A stretch of 60,907 nucleotides of DNA. It comes from an uncultured Bacillota bacterium (GTDB lineage: Bacteria > Bacillota_I > Bacilli_A > RF39 > UBA660). The stretch covers positions 1 through 60,907 of the forward strand of contig CAMOSR010000002.1 of assembly GCA_946625165.1 (NCBI GenBank). The letters are read 5' to 3'. A model generated the notes under the pieces. The model worked only from the letters and a program-made list of their open reading frames with translations. It was not told where the DNA came from and made no database searches. The translations under genes and the position numbers were made by a program. The first letter of the stretch is position 1. The number at the start of each line of letters is the position of its first letter. Shown piece after piece: positions 36,285-45,702 of this stretch.

Positions 36285-39200
36285 TTATTTAGTGTTTTTA
36301 ACTTTGCTATCTTTTTTAAATACGAAGTAATATCCTAAACCAGCAAGAGCTAATACTGTGGTTCCACCAATTATTAATTTACGAGCAGACGCGGAAGTTT
36401 TTGGTACATTAACTATTATTTCTGGATCTTTGCAATCCCATTTTCCATATAATGTTATATCATCTTCTATTTCTGTTCCATCGATGAATTTGCTTTCTAA
36501 TGTGTCTTCATTGTACCAACCATTAAATGTACATATTCTAGTTTTGTCTTTAGTTGTAAGAGTTGGCTCTGCTGTATATTTTTCACCAGTTAATACAGTG
36601 GCTACTGGTGGGATTGGATCTGTTAGATTTGGATCTGGTTTGTCTGTTCCTACTACTTCATAAGTTACTTTAGCTTTTTTTAGTTCAACAATAACTTCTT
36701 CACTTTCTTTTTCCTCTGGCTCACCATTTGCCTTAACTACTGTTAGCTTTGCTTTATTTGGAATTAAGTATTTGCCATCTTTCAAATATTTTGATAAATC
36801 ACCATCTTTTTTCTTGTTTACAGTTAATACAAAGGCATATTCTTTGTTGTAGAAGTCAGCCTCTGATGTGTTTTTGGCGGCAATTGTTATTTTATTTTCT
36901 TCTATTTTTATATTAAATTTACTTGTTACATCAGTTTTTCCGCTAAAAACTTTAACTTTTGAAGTGTCTTTTATTTCTAATATTTCTTCTAGTTCGTCTG
37001 TGATAGTATAGCTTTGATAGTAAGCCTCAGGAGCTAGGTCAGGAACGATTTGATATATTGTGTAATTAAATTCTTTAGTCCCTCTTATGTATTTATCAGC
37101 TACTGTTTTATTAATATCATTAACCACTTCATTGCATGTCCAACTACCATAGAAGTCTAGATTACTATTTACTCTATCATTATCAGTCCATTTAGTGGTA
37201 AATGCTTCATCTAGATACCATCCGTTAAATTTACATACTTTATTTGGATCTGTTGTTGTTAATTTGTTTTCTTGTGTGTAAGCATATCCTGAATATACTC
37301 TCTTATCGTCTGGTAGCTTAGATGTATAATTTGGATCTGGTTGAGTGTCACCTATTATATGATATTTAATATCATATTGCTTTACTTTAACGTAAACTTC
37401 ATTAGTTGTCATGACTGTTTTATCTTGCTCAGCATCATTAACCTCTATAGTCGCTTTATTTGGTATTATGTATTCTTTAGTTGTTGCGTTATAATATCCA
37501 CTTAAATCAGCGTCTTCTTTTTTATTGGCTTCTATTATAAATGTATATTTTTGATTATAGAAATCAGCTGATTGTATATTTTTGGCGGTAATAGTTACTA
37601 GTGAATTATCGATTTCTATTTTGAACTTATTTGTTACATCTTGTCCACTTCGATTTAGTACGCTTACTGATCCGATTTTTAGAACTGATTCTATTTTATC
37701 TTTGAATACATATTTATCATAGTAATAATAGCTATCTTCTATATTTGGTACTTCATGAGTTATGGCAAAATTAAACTTTTCATTTGCTTCTATTTCAATA
37801 TTTTTTTCATCGTTTACAGCCTTTTTAGGTTCACGTACTAGATTCTCACATTGCCATCCCCCATATAGATTAAATACCAAATTTTCAGAAGAGTCTTTTG
37901 TTAGCATATCATGGGTTATTTGCCCTTCTGTAAATATGTTTGTTAATGTAGTTTCTTTAGCCCATCCTGTAAAACTACATTTTTTCTTTTTCCATGATGA
38001 TGTTAATGTTCCCTCTGCGGTATAGGTGGCAAATTCAGATGTAGACGCGTCATCAGGTTTGTCTTTTCCTATATTAATAGTATTCGTTGGAGGATTATCC
38101 GTTGTTACTATATTATATCTTACTTTTACAGGCACTGTTACGTCAACTATAACTTCATTACTTATGACACTACCTTTGTTTGTTATTGTAGTTGCTTTAT
38201 TTGGTATTTTGTATGTGTTTCCATTTTTATAATTTGTTAGGTCTGCTCCTGCTTTTATAGAAGCTGGAATACTTATTCTATATGTATGTCCATATAAATC
38301 TGAAGATGTTAAATTTTTTGGAGTAATCGTTAATACTTGTCCTGATAAGCTTATATTAAATTTATCAGTTACAGTCGCGTTTTGTTCATTATATATTTTT
38401 ATATTGCCTTTATTTATGCTTATGCAATTTTCAAATGTATCTTGAATAGTAAAGCTGCTATAGTAATGTTCAGGTAATTGAGCAGGCACTTTTTGTGAAA
38501 GCGAATATGTAAACTCTTCTCCTACACTTACTTTATTTTTACTTACAGATTTCGTTATAGTAGGAGTTTCTGGATTTGAAACTGGATTTGATGATAAACC
38601 AAAATAGTCTACTACACTAGCAGGATTTTTCTTGCCATCTACTGCCCAAAAGTCGGTATAAGTTATTGTTAAGTTTGTTCCAGAGAATGTTTCTGTGATG
38701 GCATACTTAGTATCGTGTACATTATTGTTGGTATCTTCTCCTGTAGTATCATAAATATACATTTTATTATCTATGGTGCCAGCTTTAAGTATATTATTAT
38801 TAGTTATGTATAAATCTTTATAGCCAGGAAGTATGACTCCTTGCTGCGCGTCAACATCCCAATGTGTTGTATTACCTTTTACACTAATTGTTTCATTAGT
38901 GCCAGATTTATAAAATTCGTATTTTATTGTGATATATTTAAGTCCGTATTCAGTGAAGCCCATGTGGTCTTTATATATAGCTATCATTGGTTTTCTATTA
39001 TTTATGAACACTTCGTCAACGCCTGGTTCATAGGCTACAACAGTTGCTTTGACATCTATGAGCTGTCCATTGTAAACATCAACGCCTTTATATGTCACAC
39101 TAAGATTGTTTATTGAACTACTTTCCAATAAACTAAGGTAGGCATTATTGCCAGGATCTTCTAAATAATCTGCTCCTCCAATGAACCAACCGTTTTTAAC

Positions 39201-39548
39201 ATTTTGTGGTACCGTAATAAGTCCATTTGTGGTAGTTTGAATACTACTACTATTAAAACCTAAAGCGAAATTAGTATATTCTTTCGGTATGCTTTGGCCT
39301 TTCTTTATTCCACTTGTCGATGATGCTAGTACTGCGGATGAATCTTTGGTACCTTCGAATGGTGCCACTGTCTTTGCGTGTCCTCTAAGTTCGATTATTT
39401 GTGTTCCTATGTCAGCAGCATTAGTTGTAACTGTAAGTACAACGCTTATAATGCCAATTAAAATTGCAAAAAATAAAACCTTAGTTTTGTTAGTTTCCCT
39501 TTCTTCTGTATTTTGTTTTGTTTGTTTTTTCTCGCTTTTATTTTTCAT
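36285..39548 (-). CDS. Large modular cell-surface protein (putative adhesin) with C-terminal sorting-signal-like anchor
   Basis: Signal peptide ending TNA/AD. After a ~330-aa N-terminal region come three modules. Each module is a pilin-type isopeptide-like domain (K...D...IPNKA) plus a Listeria-Bacteroides (Flg_new) repeat (F(N/T)GW...LYG.W.C). The C-terminus is VPKTS, a hydrophobic helix and a KKDSKVKNTK tail. Confidence 0.8.
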   Translation of the reverse strand: MKNKSEKKQTKQNTEERETNKTKVLFFAILIGIISVVLTVTTNAADIGTQIIELRGHAKTVAPFEGTKDSSAVLASSTSGIKKGQSIPKEYTNFALGFNSSSIQTTTNGLITVPQNVKNGWFIGGADYLEDPGNNAYLSLLESSSINNLSVTYKGVDVYNGQLIDVKATVVAYEPGVDEVFINNRKPMIAIYKDHMGFTEYGLKYITIKYEFYKSGTNETISVKGNTTHWDVDAQQGVILPGYKDLYITNNNILKAGTIDNKMYIYDTTGEDTNNNVHDTKYAITETFSGTNLTITYTDFWAVDGKKNPASVVDYFGLSSNPVSNPETPTITKSVSKNKVSVGEEFTYSLSQKVPAQLPEHYYSSFTIQDTFENCISINKGNIKIYNEQNATVTDKFNISLSGQVLTITPKNLTSSDLYGHTYRISIPASIKAGADLTNYKNGNTYKIPNKATTITNKGSVISNEVIVDVTVPVKVRYNIVTTDNPPTNTINIGKDKPDDASTSEFATYTAEGTLTSSWKKKKCSFTGWAKETTLTNIFTEGQITHDMLTKDSSENLVFNLYGGWQCENLVREPKKAVNDEKNIEIEANEKFNFAITHEVPNIEDSYYYYDKYVFKDKIESVLKIGSVSVLNRSGQDVTNKFKIEIDNSLVTITAKNIQSADFYNQKYTFIIEANKKEDADLSGYYNATTKEYIIPNKATIEVNDAEQDKTVMTTNEVYVKVKQYDIKYHIIGDTQPDPNYTSKLPDDKRVYSGYAYTQENKLTTTDPNKVCKFNGWYLDEAFTTKWTDNDRVNSNLDFYGSWTCNEVVNDINKTVADKYIRGTKEFNYTIYQIVPDLAPEAYYQSYTITDELEEILEIKDTSKVKVFSGKTDVTSKFNIKIEENKITIAAKNTSEADFYNKEYAFVLTVNKKKDGDLSKYLKDGKYLIPNKAKLTVVKANGEPEEKESEEVIVELKKAKVTYEVVGTDKPDPNLTDPIPPVATVLTGEKYTAEPTLTTKDKTRICTFNGWYNEDTLESKFIDGTEIEDDITLYGKWDCKDPEIIVNVPKTSASARKLIIGGTTVLALAGLGYYFVFKKDSKVKNTK
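36414..38561 (-). repeat. Three divergent tandem ~230-aa coding modules inside the surface-protein gene (approximate borders)
   Basis: Protein-level repeats start near aa 330, 575 and 810. Each ends in C.F.GW...YG.W.C. Confidence 0.6.
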
Positions 39549-39578
39549 TTCAACGTTTCCTTTCCCTATTATAATTTG

Positions 39579-39607
39579 ATTATATAATTTTTCTTTTACA
39601 GTGTCAA
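39579..39607 (-). promoter_or_regulatory. Consensus sigma-A promoter of the surface-protein gene
   Basis: TTGACA, a 17-nt spacer, then TATAAT, all exact. GGAAAGGAAA Shine-Dalgarno before the ATG at 39548. Confidence 0.7.
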
Positions 39608-39697
39608 TTATATGTCTATTAAAAAAGTCAGAAATTTATGTTTCGATTGTATTATAAATGGTGTGGTTAGTAAAAACACTAATGCTATTTTTAGTAT

Positions 39698-39766
39698 AAA
39701 AAAGACATGTAGTTTGATACAATGTAATTGAGAAAAAAACATTGAAAGAATCTGAACTACATGTCT
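39698..39766 (-). other. Long imperfect hairpin followed by a U-tract (insulating terminator, sRNA 3' end or operator)
   Basis: Perfect 12-bp arms AGACATGTAGTT (39703-39714) and AACTACATGTCT (39755-39766). Nested 6-bp stem CAATGT/ACATTG. On the minus strand the hairpin is followed by TTTTT. Confidence 0.5.
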
Positions 39767-39864
39767 ATAAATAATTATGTATTAAATTTACCACATATTA
39801 AAGATAATATTAAAATATTGAAAACTCTTTTTTCCATAATTTTCTTATTTAAAAACATTATAAA

Positions 39865-39884
39865 AGGATGATTTTTATCATCCT
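39865..39884 (-). terminator. Terminator of the 328-aa orphan gene
   Basis: On the minus strand, AGGATGAT-AAAA-ATCATCCT is followed by TTTTATAATGTTTTT. Confidence 0.6.
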
Positions 39885-39937
39885 CCTATCATCAATTTAT
39901 TTAATTTACCGTCCACCAATACTATCTGACAAAGAGC

Positions 39938-40924
39938 CTAAAATCTGCGTCTACCACTGTTGTCTTTTTGGGGTTCATTTTCTTTTTCTTCTTCACTTAA
40001 TTCTGCTAATTCTGCAATTGCTTGCCTTCTTTGCTCTTCAACTTTAAACGTTAATTCTTTGATTTCTTTTTCTAAACTTTTGATTTCTTCGTCTATTTTT
40101 CTTAATTCTTCATCAAGTTCTTGTCTTTGCTGATCTGTTCCGTTTTTAAATCTGCTTCTATTTTCATAGCCAGATATTTCTCCATCAACTGGATTAGGAT
40201 GCTCTTTGTAAATAGGATTTTCAACTGGTTCTGTTTGATGTAATTTAAAATATGTTGCCATAAGAAGTTCTTTTTTTCCTTTTAATTCTGCTAATCTCCT
40301 TTTCTTCTCTAACAATTGTTGTTCTTTAGAATCGTATGTATGACCTTGTGGTTCTTTTTTTTCAACGTTTTTTGATAGTCTTTCACTTTCTTCTTTAGCA
40401 ATAAATTTAGCTTGTAGATGGCTATATGCTTTATTAATATACTCACGTAAAATTTCCCTAAAATCTCCATAACTGGCTAGTTCATCGTTTATTTTTTCTT
40501 TTAACATTCCGCCAAAAGTATATAAATCAGTTTCATGTGAGACACGTGTTAGTTTTCTTAAAGCAGTTTCTCCTTCATCTATAAAAACTAAGTCTTTATA
40601 ATTATCGAGTATATCCATAATTTCTTTATGTGTGTGTGTTAATTCATTTTTATCTTTTGCAGATGACATTTTTTCCATAAGTGAGAATAATTCATTTTTC
40701 ATTTCTTGATTTTTATTACGCCTTGCTTTTTGTCTAAAACCAAAAGGACTTACAAACCTAAAATCTCCAAATTCAATAATTTTTTCCATTTCAGATAGGA
40801 TTATTTCTGCTTGTTGTTGTCTTTCTTCTAAATACTGTTGTAACGATTGATAACGCATATCTATTGTTTGAAATTTAATCTGTCCACCAATCAAAACAAA
40901 ATTTCCTGTTGGCACTTCTCTCAT
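39938..40924 (-). CDS. Hypothetical 328-aa coiled-coil protein, no family recognised
   Basis: Clean ORF with GAAAGAAGG Shine-Dalgarno, its own promoter and its own terminator. Gln/Arg/Glu-rich. Heptad regions in the C-terminal half. Confidence 0.6.
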   Translation of the reverse strand: MREVPTGNFVLIGGQIKFQTIDMRYQSLQQYLEERQQQAEIILSEMEKIIEFGDFRFVSPFGFRQKARRNKNQEMKNELFSLMEKMSSAKDKNELTHTHKEIMDILDNYKDLVFIDEGETALRKLTRVSHETDLYTFGGMLKEKINDELASYGDFREILREYINKAYSHLQAKFIAKEESERLSKNVEKKEPQGHTYDSKEQQLLEKKRRLAELKGKKELLMATYFKLHQTEPVENPIYKEHPNPVDGEISGYENRSRFKNGTDQQRQELDEELRKIDEEIKSLEKEIKELTFKVEEQRRQAIAELAELSEEEKENEPQKDNSGRRRF

Positions 40925-40974
40925 TATATACCTTCTTTCATCATTATTTTTGCATAAGTTTTATGCCTAATTTC

Positions 40975-41004
40975 ATTATAAAGACCTAGGTATTACTGTT
41001 TCAA
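40975..41004 (-). promoter_or_regulatory. Sigma-A promoter of the 328-aa orphan gene
   Basis: TTGAAA, an 18-nt spacer, then TATAAT. Confidence 0.5.
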
Positions 41005-41056
41005 GCATAAATTACATTTCTTGACATTTTTTTACATTTAATCAAAATTTTAAATA

Positions 41057-41090
41057 TAAAAACCTCGCTTCCTATGTCCAAGAAACGGGG
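41057..41090 (-). terminator. Probable polC terminator
   Basis: On the minus strand, CCCCGTTTC-(10 nt)-GAAGCGAGG is followed by TTTTT. The stem has one mismatch and one G-U pair. Confidence 0.45.
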
Positions 41091-41112
41091 TTCAGTTTAT
41101 TTATCACATTAA

Positions 41113-44100
41113 TTAAAATAAACTTAATTGACTTGACTCTTCCATTCCATCTAATATGCCCATTGATCTTAATTTTTCAATTAAAGTTGAAGAAAGTTTG
41201 GCTCTTTTTTGGAGGTCTTCAATACTGATATACTCTCCTTTTTCTCTTTCTTCTACAATGTTTTTGGCAACTACGGTTCCTAGACCGTCAATGGCTCTAA
41301 ATGGTGGAATTAATGATTTGCCATCTTCGTCAATTACGAAGTCACTATAATGGCTTTTATATAAATCAATTGGTTTAAATGTATAACCTCTAGCTAAGGC
41401 TTCTAGGGCAACTTTTAGGCATTCTAAAATTGAGCTTTCTTTATTGGTTGCATCGTAGCCTTTTTCGTTTATTTCTATGATTCTTGCTTTAACAGCTTCA
41501 TAACCTTTAATCATACATTCAATATCAAAGTCATCATATTCGACTGAGAACTGAGCTGCATAATAAACTTCTGGTTTGTGAACTTTATAATAGGCAAGTC
41601 TAAATGCGTTTATAACATAAGCTACGGCGTGGGCTTTTGGGAACATGTATTTTATTTTGGCACATGAATCAATGAACCATTCTTCAATGTCAGCGTCACG
41701 CATTATCTTAACGTAATCTGCCCAAATGTCTGGTTGTTTACTAGCTTTTCCTTTACGGACAAACTCCATTATTTTAAAGGCATCAATTGGTTTTAGGCCA
41801 TGATACATTAGATAAACCATGATATCATCACGACATCCGATAACTTCAGAAAATGGTACAACACCATTATCTATTAGGTCTTTGGCGTTTCCATTCCAAA
41901 CGTCGGTTCCGTGTGATAATCCTGATATTTTAACTAATTCGGCAAATGTTTTCGGTTTCGTTTCTTTTACTAGTTGTAAAGTAAATGGCGTTCCAAATTC
42001 TGGTATACCTAAGCTTCCGGTATCGTTCATAATTTGGTCTTTGGTTACGCCTAGTGGTTTTGGTGATAAGAATATACCCATTGTCTCTTTATCGTCTAAT
42101 GGCACTTTTGTTATGTCATCACCAGTTATATCTTGTACTAATCTTAATTTTGTTGGTCCTGAATGGCCTAAAATATCTAGTTTTAAAACGTCTTGGTCGA
42201 TGGCGTGGTAATCAAAGTGAGTTGTACGCCATGCGGAATTTACGTCATCTGCTGGATATTGAAATGGTGTAAAGTCAAAGACGTCCATATATCCAGGTAT
42301 TACAACTATTCCTCCTGGGTGTTGACCAGTGGTTCTTTTTACTCCTGTACAACCTGCGGCTAGCCTTTCAACTTCAGCAGAGCGCATATATATTCCTTTA
42401 TCTTCACAGTATCCTTTAACATAACCATAGGCTGTTTTTTCAGCAACGGTTCCAATAGTCCCCGCTCTATAGACATTGTCTTCTCCGAATAGTACTTTGG
42501 TGTATTCGTGGGCAGCTGCTTGGTTTAAATCCGAAAAGTTTAAGTCAATATCTGGTACTTTATCAGCATGAAAGCCTAAGAATGTGGCAAATGGCATGTC
42601 CTGTCCTTCTTTATTCATTTTAGTTTTACATTTTGGGCAGTTTAAATCTGGTAGGTCATAGCCACTACCGTAGTCGCTTCCTAAGCTTCTGCCATCTATT
42701 TCAAATATTGAATGTTTACAGTTTGGACAAACGTAGTGTGGTGGCAAGGCATTTACTTCAGTAATACCCATCATGGTAGCGACTAATGATGAACCTACTG
42801 ATCCTCTACTTCCAACTAAGTAACCGTCATCATTTGATTTTTTTACTAGTTTTTGGGAAATTAGATAGATTACATCAAAGTGGGCGCCAATTATACCGGT
42901 TAGTTTGTCTTCAATCGCTTTATCAATGTTTTCAATATTTTCGTTTTCTTTCAAAATGGATTTTTTGATAATTTCTTTAACTTTGTCTAGGCCACCTACC
43001 ATTACTTCGTGAAGCTTAGAGTATATTTTTTCATTATATTCTTCTTCAGTTATTCCTTCTTTTGATATGGCATTTTTTATCGCATTAAATGGTTCATCAC
43101 CATATAACTCTGATGCAAGTCTTTCTTCAATGTTGTATGGCAAAGGGTTTCCATATATTTCTTCGGCTTTAGTATATACTAAGTCTAAGGTTGTTTCAGT
43201 ACAGTTTTCAATCTTAGGAGCAAATGGAATTCCACCAGTATCGATGATTACTTCGATAATGTCAACCATATCAGCTATTTTATTGGTATTAGTTATAACT
43301 ATTTCTTTGGCCTCTTCTTCACTTAAAAATGAAAAATCTTCTAGCATTTCATTTGTTGTGCGGAGGTGTTGTGATGGAATATCTGTTATCCCTTTTTTAG
43401 AAAGTGGATGTCGTCCACCTCCAGGTACTTTTTGATTAACTATAATTTGTCTATATATTTTGTCTTCTGGATTTATTTGGTGAACGTCTCCAGTTGCGAC
43501 AATTATTTTTCCTGATTCTTTAGTTACTCTGATAATTTTTTTGATGTGTTCAATCAATTCTACTTTACTACCAAAGTCATTCATTTGAATTAGGTGGTCA
43601 TAAACAGCTGGTGGCTGAACTTCAACATAATCATAAAAATTAATAAGATTAGCAAGCTCTTCATCGGATTTGCTTCTAGCTTCTATAAATATTTCACTTT
43701 CATAGCAGCCACTACCTATAAGTAATCCTTCTCTATGCCTTTCTATTTCACTTCTTAATATTCTTGGTGTTTTATATAAGTATTTTGTGTTTGCAAGGGA
43801 AATTAGCTTAAACATGTTTTTTAGCCCTGTTTTATTTTTGGCGATTATATTCACATGATAAGCTCTACCATATTTATGAATTTCATCTTTTGAAACTAGT
43901 TTATCTAGGTCACTTATACTTTTAAAATTTCTAGCAACTAGTTTTTTCAACATTTTATGGAAGACTAATGCTGTTCCTTCGGCGTCGTAATCTCCCCTAT
44001 GGTGAGCACTTTCATCCCAAGGAACGTCATATCTTTTAACTAAGGCTGATAAACTATGCCTAGCGTATCCAGTATCTAGTGCTCTTGAAAGTTCTAGGGT

Positions 44101-45633
44101 ATCAATGACGGTATTGGTAAACTCGCCTAAATTATATTTTTTGTGAGCCATTACAATAAATGATACATCGAATTTAGCATTGTGAGCAACCATTGGATGG
44201 TCTCCTACCCACTCTTTAAATTTTTTTACTGCTGTTTGTTCATCTGGCTTGTCTTTTAGCATATCATCCGTTATATTTGTAAGCTCGGTAATTTTAACTG
44301 GCAACGGTCTTTTAGGATTAATTAATTCATCAAACCTATCAATTATTTCGCCATTACATATTTTGACAGCTCCTATTTCGATTATTGAGTCAGAACCGCC
44401 AGCATTAAAACCAGTCGTTTCTAAATCGAAAACGACGTATGTTGGATTTAATAATTCTTCATTACTTGGTCTTAATACAATGTTTATAGAATCATCTATT
44501 AAGGTTAGCTCTGTACCGTATAGAGCTTTAAATTTGTCTTTATCTTCTTTACCTTTATTATAACTAGTAACTAGGTTGAAAACATGAGGAAACGCTTGGC
44601 AGCCATTATGATCAGTTATGGCAATTGCTTTATGTCCAAATTTCATTGCTGTTTTTACTAATTCTTCTTCACCAGCTACTCCATCCATTTGACTCATTTT
44701 AGTATGAGCATGAAGTTCAACTCTTTTTTCTTCGGCAGTGTCTTCTCTTTCGGCTTCATCAACGGCAGTTATATTTATATCTCTAGCATTTAAAACTATT
44801 TCGTTATTAGAGTATCTATCGGCCTTGGTATATCCTCTAATTAGGTACCAACTATCTTTTTTTAAGGTTTTTAGATACTTTTGATATTCTTTATCTTCTC
44901 TACAGAAGATTTTACAGTACATACTGTCTGTATTATCGGTTAACTTTAGAGTTATTATTTTGAAAGAAGATTTAGATGACTCAAAGGTATCAATACCAAA
45001 GGCTTTTGCTTTAATAGTGACATTATCTATTTCGAAAGTAATGGAGCTTATTGGTGTTATTTCGTCTTTTATTTCATCGCCCATGATAAGTGGACTTTCT
45101 TTCGGAGAGACTACTGGAATTACTTTTGTTTTTTCTATTTCCTCTCTAATTTTTTCAGATTTTTCTTCATTTATCTTTGTTTTTATTTTAATTTTAAAGC
45201 CAGCTTTATTAAGATCTTTTTCAAGTTCTTTTTTAATACTGCTTAATTTCATTTCTTCGGCAATGTTACTTACTTCGATACTTAACGTTCCTTCATCTAA
45301 ACTTATTTTACTATCAATAAATTCCGTGAGTAATGGGGCTTCTTTACTATATATACTTAAAAAATGGCGATAGTAGTCTATTATGTTTTCTATATTAAAG
45401 GTCTTAACTGTAATATTTGAGGTTACAGTCATATTTTTATATTTTTGTTTTAATAGTTTATTAAATACTATATATGTTTTAAGCGGTAAAGTTTTTTCAA
45501 GTGATATATAGAAAGCATATTTATCTTTATTTCTATTACAAACTATTTTGTCTAAATTACCAGTTTCAAAATACTTTATTTCGTCTTTTGATATATTTAT
45601 TTGGGTTAGTAATAAGTTTAATTTGTCTTGCAT
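41113..45633 (-). CDS. polC: DNA polymerase III alpha subunit, PolC type
   Basis: PHP domain (HAHTKMSQMDG), DEDDh exonuclease (VVFDLETTG, HNAKFD), a zinc-finger region (CPNC...CPKC) and the polymerase core. The ATG at 45633 follows GAAGGTGAT. Confidence 0.96.
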   Translation of the reverse strand: MQDKLNLLLTQINISKDEIKYFETGNLDKIVCNRNKDKYAFYISLEKTLPLKTYIVFNKLLKQKYKNMTVTSNITVKTFNIENIIDYYRHFLSIYSKEAPLLTEFIDSKISLDEGTLSIEVSNIAEEMKLSSIKKELEKDLNKAGFKIKIKTKINEEKSEKIREEIEKTKVIPVVSPKESPLIMGDEIKDEITPISSITFEIDNVTIKAKAFGIDTFESSKSSFKIITLKLTDNTDSMYCKIFCREDKEYQKYLKTLKKDSWYLIRGYTKADRYSNNEIVLNARDINITAVDEAEREDTAEEKRVELHAHTKMSQMDGVAGEEELVKTAMKFGHKAIAITDHNGCQAFPHVFNLVTSYNKGKEDKDKFKALYGTELTLIDDSINIVLRPSNEELLNPTYVVFDLETTGFNAGGSDSIIEIGAVKICNGEIIDRFDELINPKRPLPVKITELTNITDDMLKDKPDEQTAVKKFKEWVGDHPMVAHNAKFDVSFIVMAHKKYNLGEFTNTVIDTLELSRALDTGYARHSLSALVKRYDVPWDESAHHRGDYDAEGTALVFHKMLKKLVARNFKSISDLDKLVSKDEIHKYGRAYHVNIIAKNKTGLKNMFKLISLANTKYLYKTPRILRSEIERHREGLLIGSGCYESEIFIEARSKSDEELANLINFYDYVEVQPPAVYDHLIQMNDFGSKVELIEHIKKIIRVTKESGKIIVATGDVHQINPEDKIYRQIIVNQKVPGGGRHPLSKKGITDIPSQHLRTTNEMLEDFSFLSEEEAKEIVITNTNKIADMVDIIEVIIDTGGIPFAPKIENCTETTLDLVYTKAEEIYGNPLPYNIEERLASELYGDEPFNAIKNAISKEGITEEEYNEKIYSKLHEVMVGGLDKVKEIIKKSILKENENIENIDKAIEDKLTGIIGAHFDVIYLISQKLVKKSNDDGYLVGSRGSVGSSLVATMMGITEVNALPPHYVCPNCKHSIFEIDGRSLGSDYGSGYDLPDLNCPKCKTKMNKEGQDMPFATFLGFHADKVPDIDLNFSDLNQAAAHEYTKVLFGEDNVYRAGTIGTVAEKTAYGYVKGYCEDKGIYMRSAEVERLAAGCTGVKRTTGQHPGGIVVIPGYMDVFDFTPFQYPADDVNSAWRTTHFDYHAIDQDVLKLDILGHSGPTKLRLVQDITGDDITKVPLDDKETMGIFLSPKPLGVTKDQIMNDTGSLGIPEFGTPFTLQLVKETKPKTFAELVKISGLSHGTDVWNGNAKDLIDNGVVPFSEVIGCRDDIMVYLMYHGLKPIDAFKIMEFVRKGKASKQPDIWADYVKIMRDADIEEWFIDSCAKIKYMFPKAHAVAYVINAFRLAYYKVHKPEVYYAAQFSVEYDDFDIECMIKGYEAVKARIIEINEKGYDATNKESSILECLKVALEALARGYTFKPIDLYKSHYSDFVIDEDGKSLIPPFRAIDGLGTVVAKNIVEEREKGEYISIEDLQKRAKLSSTLIEKLRSMGILDGMEESSQLSLF

Positions 45634-45702
45634 GATTATCACCTTCTTTAATTATATCACGAATATTTGTTTCAGCATAAATATTTATATGTTAAAAGAA
45701 GT

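Noticed and set aside
39612-39731. 39-codon plus-strand ORF with four Cys (MSIKKVRNLCFDCIINGVVSKNTNAIFSIKKTCSLIQCN) in the spacer upstream of the surface-protein gene. It looked briefly like a small zinc-ribbon or RiPP precursor.
   Set aside because: It has no Shine-Dalgarno sequence and no plus-strand promoter that I can see. It overlaps the hairpin arm, and its start sits just upstream of the -35 of the opposite-strand consensus promoter. It is most likely a chance open frame.
39790-39850. 19-codon minus-strand ORF (MEKRVFNILILSLICGKFNT) between the two tandem terminator-like hairpins
   Set aside because: It has no ribosome-binding site and is very short. I cannot tell it apart from chance in AT-rich DNA without expression data.
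39938-40924. Possible GC-content anomaly of the orphan 328-aa gene as evidence of horizontal transfer
   Set aside because: Hand counts of a few 60-nt blocks gave about 30-33% GC. That is within the range of neighbouring genes, and polC blocks reach about 40%. I make no compositional claim without a proper calculation.
41819-45373. Several 100-137-aa plus-strand ORFs inside polC (41819-42211, 43067-43435, 44249-44563, 44960-45373)
   Set aside because: All are antisense to a highly conserved gene and Ser/Ile/Phe/Leu-rich, with no start context. The same applies to the antisense ORFs in polA (34574-34924), prmC (48434-48829), prfA (49490-49855), ftsX (60444-60815), valS, lepA and the surface-protein gene.
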